This document shows positions 28,366 through 32,000 of a stretch of 32,000 bases of DNA, piece after piece. Below the pieces are notes generated by a model. The model ran no database searches and had not been told where the DNA came from. It saw only the letters and a list, made by a program, of their open reading frames with translations. The stretch's first letter is position 1. Each line of letters starts with the position of its first letter. The translations under genes and the position numbers were made by a program. The DNA is from Dickeya solani IPO 2222. Its GTDB lineage: Bacteria > Pseudomonadota > Gammaproteobacteria > Enterobacterales > Enterobacteriaceae. The DNA lies in assembly GCF_001644705.1 (NCBI RefSeq), contig NZ_CP015137.1:2940001-2972000 (forward strand), in the 5' to 3' direction.

Positions 28366-28419
28366 TTCTAACGTTTATCGTTGGCTACAGACATTTATAG
28401 TCATTCTCGAACGTTAGAA
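28366..28419. other. Long-range perfect 10-bp inverted repeat TTCTAACGTT ... AACGTTAGAA
   Basis: The arms are at 28366-28375 and 28410-28419, separated by 34 nt. The flanks extend the pairing (CCATT...AATGG) with a bulge. It sits between the convergent deaminase and LysE genes and could be a terminator stem. Confidence 0.4.
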
Positions 28420-28551
28420 CGTGAATGGTCACTTGCGTTCGGCATGCGATCGTTGCGCAGAACGTGTAGACCATGCCCCGGTGATGTGGAGTGATTCCAT
28501 AAAGTTGGACAGGGCATGGTCTATTTTCCCGATAAACCATCGGCGCCGCTA

Positions 28552-29169
28552 TTACAGCAGTAACCGAATGCCCAATACCGCCATCACCGAGCCACTGAGG
28601 CGATCAAACAGCGTTCGGCATCGAAGGTAGGCGCTGCGCGGCCCGCTGGATGAGAGCAACAGCGCCACCAGCGCGTACCACAGAAAATCGATAACGAACG
28701 CCAGTAACGGCAGCGCCACGTACATCCAGCCCGCAATATGCCGGCTGAGCAGCGCGGCGAATACCCCGCCGAACACCAGGGCCGTATTGGGGTTGCTGAG
28801 TTGCGTTAACAGCCCCAACCGAAAGGCGTGGGTCTGCGGTGGTGCGAGGTCGTCGCGCTGCGTCGGCACGGTGTGGTCTGGTCTGGCGCGGAACAGGGTG
28901 AACGCCAGATACAGCAGGTAGATCCCGCCGGCGATTTTCAGCGCCTGATAAAGCCAGGGCACCGCCAGCAGCAACGATTGCAGGCCCAGCAGCGCTATCA
29001 GCGCGAAGATAGCCGCACCGGCGCCCATCCCCAGTGAAACGGCAAGGCTAGTGCGCCGCGATGAGGCCAGCGCGGTACGTGCGACCAGAATGAAACTTTG
29101 CCCCGGACTCATGGCGCCGAGCGCCAGTACCCCACCAATGGCGGCAATAGCCAGTATGTCACTTCCCAT
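28552..29169 (-). CDS. LysE/RhtB family amino acid exporter
   Basis: 205-aa ORF with about six TM segments. The N-terminal ...GAMSPGQSFILVARTAL and ...LTQLSNPNTALVFGGVF match LysE family motifs. Confidence 0.85.
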   Translation of the reverse strand: MGSDILAIAAIGGVLALGAMSPGQSFILVARTALASSRRTSLAVSLGMGAGAAIFALIALLGLQSLLLAVPWLYQALKIAGGIYLLYLAFTLFRARPDHTVPTQRDDLAPPQTHAFRLGLLTQLSNPNTALVFGGVFAALLSRHIAGWMYVALPLLAFVIDFLWYALVALLLSSSGPRSAYLRCRTLFDRLSGSVMAVLGIRLLL

Positions 29170-29265
29170 TCTTTGCTTCCCAAGAGTGATGGCGAGTTAT
29201 CTTTATCCTCTCTTTTGGAATTGGCGTAAACTGACGCGATTCAACAGGTATCCAGGATAAGGACT

Positions 29266-29991
29266 ATGAAACTACGCGCCTCGATGCTGGCGGGCTCGGT
29301 ATTACTGGCCGGGTGTGACCTGAAACCGGCCTCAGAGCCGGTGAACCCGGTACTGGCCGGGCTTTCCAATATTTTTGGCTTTGATGCGCTGCGGGGAAAG
29401 GTCAAACGCTTTACGCAAACCCAGACCGACGAAGCCGGCAAAGTGACGGCCTATGTCGAGGGCGAGTTTGATGCCGAAGGGTGCCTCGCCGCGCTGCGCA
29501 CCTATCAGCCGTCGATGAATCTCGATCTGGATCTGGTGCGTGACGGGCAGAATCTGGTAGAGCAGAGCGATCGTCAGGCGCTGTTTCAGTTGACCGAACA
29601 CTGCCAACTGGCGAAGACCACCGATGGCCGCCTGAGCTACCGTTCAAACGACAAATACGCCATCGCCGAGGTGGTCTACCGCGATAAGCCGACGCCGCTG
29701 GCGAGCTATCGCTACGACGACGACGGCTTCCCGGTCAGCATGACGTTTGTCTCGCCGGAAAACGGCAAAGTGACCAAAGTTGAGATGCGTAACGACGCTC
29801 CGGCGCAAAAACGGCTGGATGCCACCGTTGTCGTGACGGAAAACAATGAACAGGTCAGCGTGACCCGCACCAGTTGCCAGTATGACCAGCATTTCAATCC
29901 GCGTTTGTGTCAGGTGCTGGTCTCGAACGGTACAGGTGCTGCGCAAACGGTCACCACCCTGACGCATACCACCAAAATCGAGTATTACTAG
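29266..29991 (+). CDS. ynfC: YnfC family lipoprotein (UPF0257)
   Basis: The lipobox is MKLRASMLAGSVLLAG/C. FDALRGKVKRFTQTQTDEAGKV, YRYDDDGFPV, SCQYDQHFNP and the C-terminal KIEYY align with E. coli YnfC as I recall it. Confidence 0.85.
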   Translation: MKLRASMLAGSVLLAGCDLKPASEPVNPVLAGLSNIFGFDALRGKVKRFTQTQTDEAGKVTAYVEGEFDAEGCLAALRTYQPSMNLDLDLVRDGQNLVEQSDRQALFQLTEHCQLAKTTDGRLSYRSNDKYAIAEVVYRDKPTPLASYRYDDDGFPVSMTFVSPENGKVTKVEMRNDAPAQKRLDATVVVTENNEQVSVTRTSCQYDQHFNPRLCQVLVSNGTGAAQTVTTLTHTTKIEYY

Positions 29992-30011
29992 GCGGCGCTT
30001 TTTTCTTGTAC

Positions 30012-30047
30012 GTGTGGGTGTAGATGTAGGTGTAGATGTAGATGTAC
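30012..30047. repeat. Imperfect hexanucleotide tandem repeat (RTGTRS x6: GTGTGG GTGTAG ATGTAG GTGTAG ATGTAG ATGTAC)
   Basis: Read directly from the sequence. It lies in the intergenic region between the convergent ynfC and GH43 genes. Confidence 0.85.
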
Positions 30048-30085
30048 GCGATAGTGTGCAGGAATAGAGCCCGGCGGTTATCGGT

Positions 30086-30105
30086 GCGGCCCGGATGCGG
30101 GCCGC
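30086..30105. other. GC-rich REP-like hairpin downstream of the GH43 gene
   Basis: GCGGCCCG-GATG-CGGGCCGC is a perfect 8-bp stem. CCGGATGCGG resembles the REP core as I recall it. There is no U-tract on either strand. Confidence 0.4.
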
Positions 30106-30116
30106 GTGATCGGCGT

Positions 30117-31685
30117 TCAGGGCGTAACGTGGAAAAAATCGATGTCGGCACGGCCCTGCCCACGCTGTTCCGGTAACGACAGCGCGTACAGCCCGATTTT
30201 GGCCCCCACCCATTTCCCCGGCCCGGCGGCGAAAGGCTCCCCGACCGGGGTGAAACCGCCGTCAGGCGTGCGCCACGCGAACTGGCAACGCGCGTTCGGC
30301 AGCACCGTCACCCGCAGTTCAAGCGTGTGTGCCTCCGCCCCAACAGGCCATGTCGGCCCGGCGTACTGGCGCAGTTCCTGCGCATCGGTCATCCAGCCAT
30401 AGCCGCTTGTCAGCGCCACGCCGTCCGCCGTTTTTTCCAGCCCCAGAAAAGCGAAGCGCTCGCCGTAGACCATCAGCCCACAGCGATCGCCCACGTTTTC
30501 CAGCGCCGCCTGCAGCCGGGTGGTGACCGTGAAGGTCTCCGCCGGGAATTTCTGCATCAGCAGGTTGGGAACGTCATACCAGGACGGTGCACCATGACGC
30601 TGCGGCATCGGCTGGCAAAACAGCCGCAGCCCCGGACGACACAGTTCGTACCAGCCTGCATCGGGGTTGGCCTGCCATTGCCACTGCAGGCCGAGCCGGT
30701 CGGCGGTGAAATCGTCAGAGGTCGCCGGTTGAGCGCGGATTTTGCCTGCGCTGACGGCGGGCATGGCCGCTTCCGCCACCGGTTCTCCCGGACCGCCGTC
30801 GCCCGATTGCGCGCCGATCACCGGCCAGTCATCCTGCCATTGCATCGGTTGCAGGTGTACGACGCGGCCGTAGGCGTGGCGATCCTGAAAATGCACGAAC
30901 CAGCTCTCGCCGTTTTCCAACTCTACCCAGCCGCCCTGATGAGGGCCGTTAACGGCGGATCGCCCCTGATGCAGCGCCACGCGCGCCTGCCATGGCCCCT
31001 GTAGCGAAGCGGCGCGCAGCACCGTCTGCCAGCCGGTGGGCACGCCGCCGGCCGGGGCAAAAATGTAGTACCAACCGTGGCGCTTGTAGAGTTTGGGACC
31101 TTCCAGCGTCGGCTGACTGGCGGTACCGTCGACGATAATCCGGCCTTCATCCAGCAACTGGCGGCCGTCGCTGCTCATCCGGCACAGTTGTAGCTGGTGT
31201 TTACGCCCGCTGCGGCTGAAGGCAAAGGCGTGAACCAGCCAGGCGCTGCCGTCGTCGTCCCAGAATGGACAGGGATCGATCCAGCCTTTGCCCGGCTGCA
31301 CGCAATGCGGCGCGCTCCAGTCGCTGCGCGGATCGTCGGCCTGACACATGAAGATCCCTTCGTCCGGCGTGCTGAAAAACACCCAAAATTTCCCGGCATG
31401 GTAGCGGATGCTGGGCGCCCAGACGCCTTTTCCCGGTTGAAACCGCTCGTAACCCGGCAGGTCGAAACGTGCAAACACATGGTTGATCAGCGTCCAGTTC
31501 ACCAGATCCCGCGAATGCAGGATCGGCAGCGCCGGCATATGGTTAAAGCTGGACGACACCAGGTAAATATCCTCGCCCACCCGCACGATGTCGGGGTCGG
31601 AATAGTCGGCGAACAAAATGGGGTTACGGTAGCGGCCGTCGCCCCGATCCGGGTTCCAGGGGGATGCTGTCAGTGAAGGTTCCAT
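30117..31685 (-). CDS. Glycoside hydrolase family 43 beta-xylosidase/alpha-L-arabinofuranosidase (YagH/XynB-like) with a C-terminal beta-sandwich domain
   Basis: 522 aa with a strong AAGGAGAAG RBS. NPILFADYSDPDIVRVGEDIYLVSSSF...LPILHSRDLVNW, ...VWAPSIRYHAGKFWVFF and ...EGPKLYKRHGWYYIFAPAGG are hallmark GH43 blocks. Confidence 0.9.
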   Translation of the reverse strand: MEPSLTASPWNPDRGDGRYRNPILFADYSDPDIVRVGEDIYLVSSSFNHMPALPILHSRDLVNWTLINHVFARFDLPGYERFQPGKGVWAPSIRYHAGKFWVFFSTPDEGIFMCQADDPRSDWSAPHCVQPGKGWIDPCPFWDDDGSAWLVHAFAFSRSGRKHQLQLCRMSSDGRQLLDEGRIIVDGTASQPTLEGPKLYKRHGWYYIFAPAGGVPTGWQTVLRAASLQGPWQARVALHQGRSAVNGPHQGGWVELENGESWFVHFQDRHAYGRVVHLQPMQWQDDWPVIGAQSGDGGPGEPVAEAAMPAVSAGKIRAQPATSDDFTADRLGLQWQWQANPDAGWYELCRPGLRLFCQPMPQRHGAPSWYDVPNLLMQKFPAETFTVTTRLQAALENVGDRCGLMVYGERFAFLGLEKTADGVALTSGYGWMTDAQELRQYAGPTWPVGAEAHTLELRVTVLPNARCQFAWRTPDGGFTPVGEPFAAGPGKWVGAKIGLYALSLPEQRGQGRADIDFFHVTP

Positions 31686-31708
31686 GTAGCTCTTCTCCTT
31701 AACTACGA

Positions 31709-32000
31709 TCAGGCCGCGCCACGCGGGGTCAGATGGGGATTGACGCCGTCTTCCTGCTCTGTCGTCGGCTGCGGCGCGGCGTGACGGCGTGCGAGGTCGG
31801 CCTGGATCTGTTCCATGGTCTTGTCATCCAGTTTATAGAAACGCGTCAGCCAGTACAGAATCAGGTAAGACAGCGACGGGCCGATACTCAGCAGGCCGAT
31901 GATGCCGGTGGTGGCAAGCGACGTCTGGGTGGTCGACCCCGCCACATAGCCGAACCAGCCCAGGGCGAACCCGACCAGTGCCCCGGCGACCGCCATTCCC
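31709..32000 (-). CDS. GPH family glycoside (xyloside-type, YagG/XynT-like) transporter, 3' end only
   Basis: The frame is open to the window edge. The last two TM segments and the cytoplasmic tail ...LTRFYKLDDKTMEQIQADLARR are typical of GPH symporters. It ends 23 nt upstream of the GH43 gene, giving a yagGH-like operon. Confidence 0.75.
   Translation of the reverse strand, partial: GMAVAGALVGFALGWFGYVAGSTTQTSLATTGIIGLLSIGPSLSYLILYWLTRFYKLDDKTMEQIQADLARRHAAPQPTTEQEDGVNPHLTPRGAA

Overview
The window looks like a chromosomal segment of a gamma-proteobacterium of the Enterobacterales. The proteins align closely with my memory of E. coli YdbK, YbiS/ErfK, YnfC, FecI, UxuB and HisP. The plant-polymer genes and KdgR-like boxes suggest a Dickeya/Pectobacteriaceae-like host, but that is inference only. 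I support 29 coding regions (two cut by the window edges):

- a dppABCDF-style family-5 ABC importer;
- a Fur-box-preceded FecI/FecR pair with no adjacent TonB-dependent receptor;
- an AI-2E family membrane protein;
- a GPH sugar symporter with a strong KdgR-type box;
- a small stand-alone XRE regulator;
- a UxuB-like mannitol-dehydrogenase-family reductase;
- a MarR-HlyD-MFS (emrRAB-like) efflux operon;
- a YbiS-like L,D-transpeptidase;
- pyruvate:flavodoxin oxidoreductase (YdbK/NifJ);
- a more AT-rich repeat-containing hypothetical protein and a GNAT acetyltransferase;
- a seven-gene co-oriented cluster: polar-amino-acid ABC importer, RidA, IclR and a fold-type-III PLP deaminase, behind a sigma-54-like promoter;
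- a LysE exporter, the YnfC lipoprotein, and a GH43 xylosidase/arabinofuranosidase with the 3' end of its GPH transporter.

I found no rRNA, tRNA, CRISPR array, IS element, integrase, phage gene or recognisable defence system. I cannot point to a clear-cut novel system. The best candidates for follow-up are:

- the uncharacterised deaminase/RidA/ABC locus;
- two short tandem duplications that straddle stop codons within that locus;
- an iteron-like triple 13-bp repeat in a convergent intergenic region;
- the receptor-less FecIR pair;
- an orphan minus-strand terminator in the 550-bp region upstream of nifJ.

All homology statements are from reading the translated ORFs, not from database searches.
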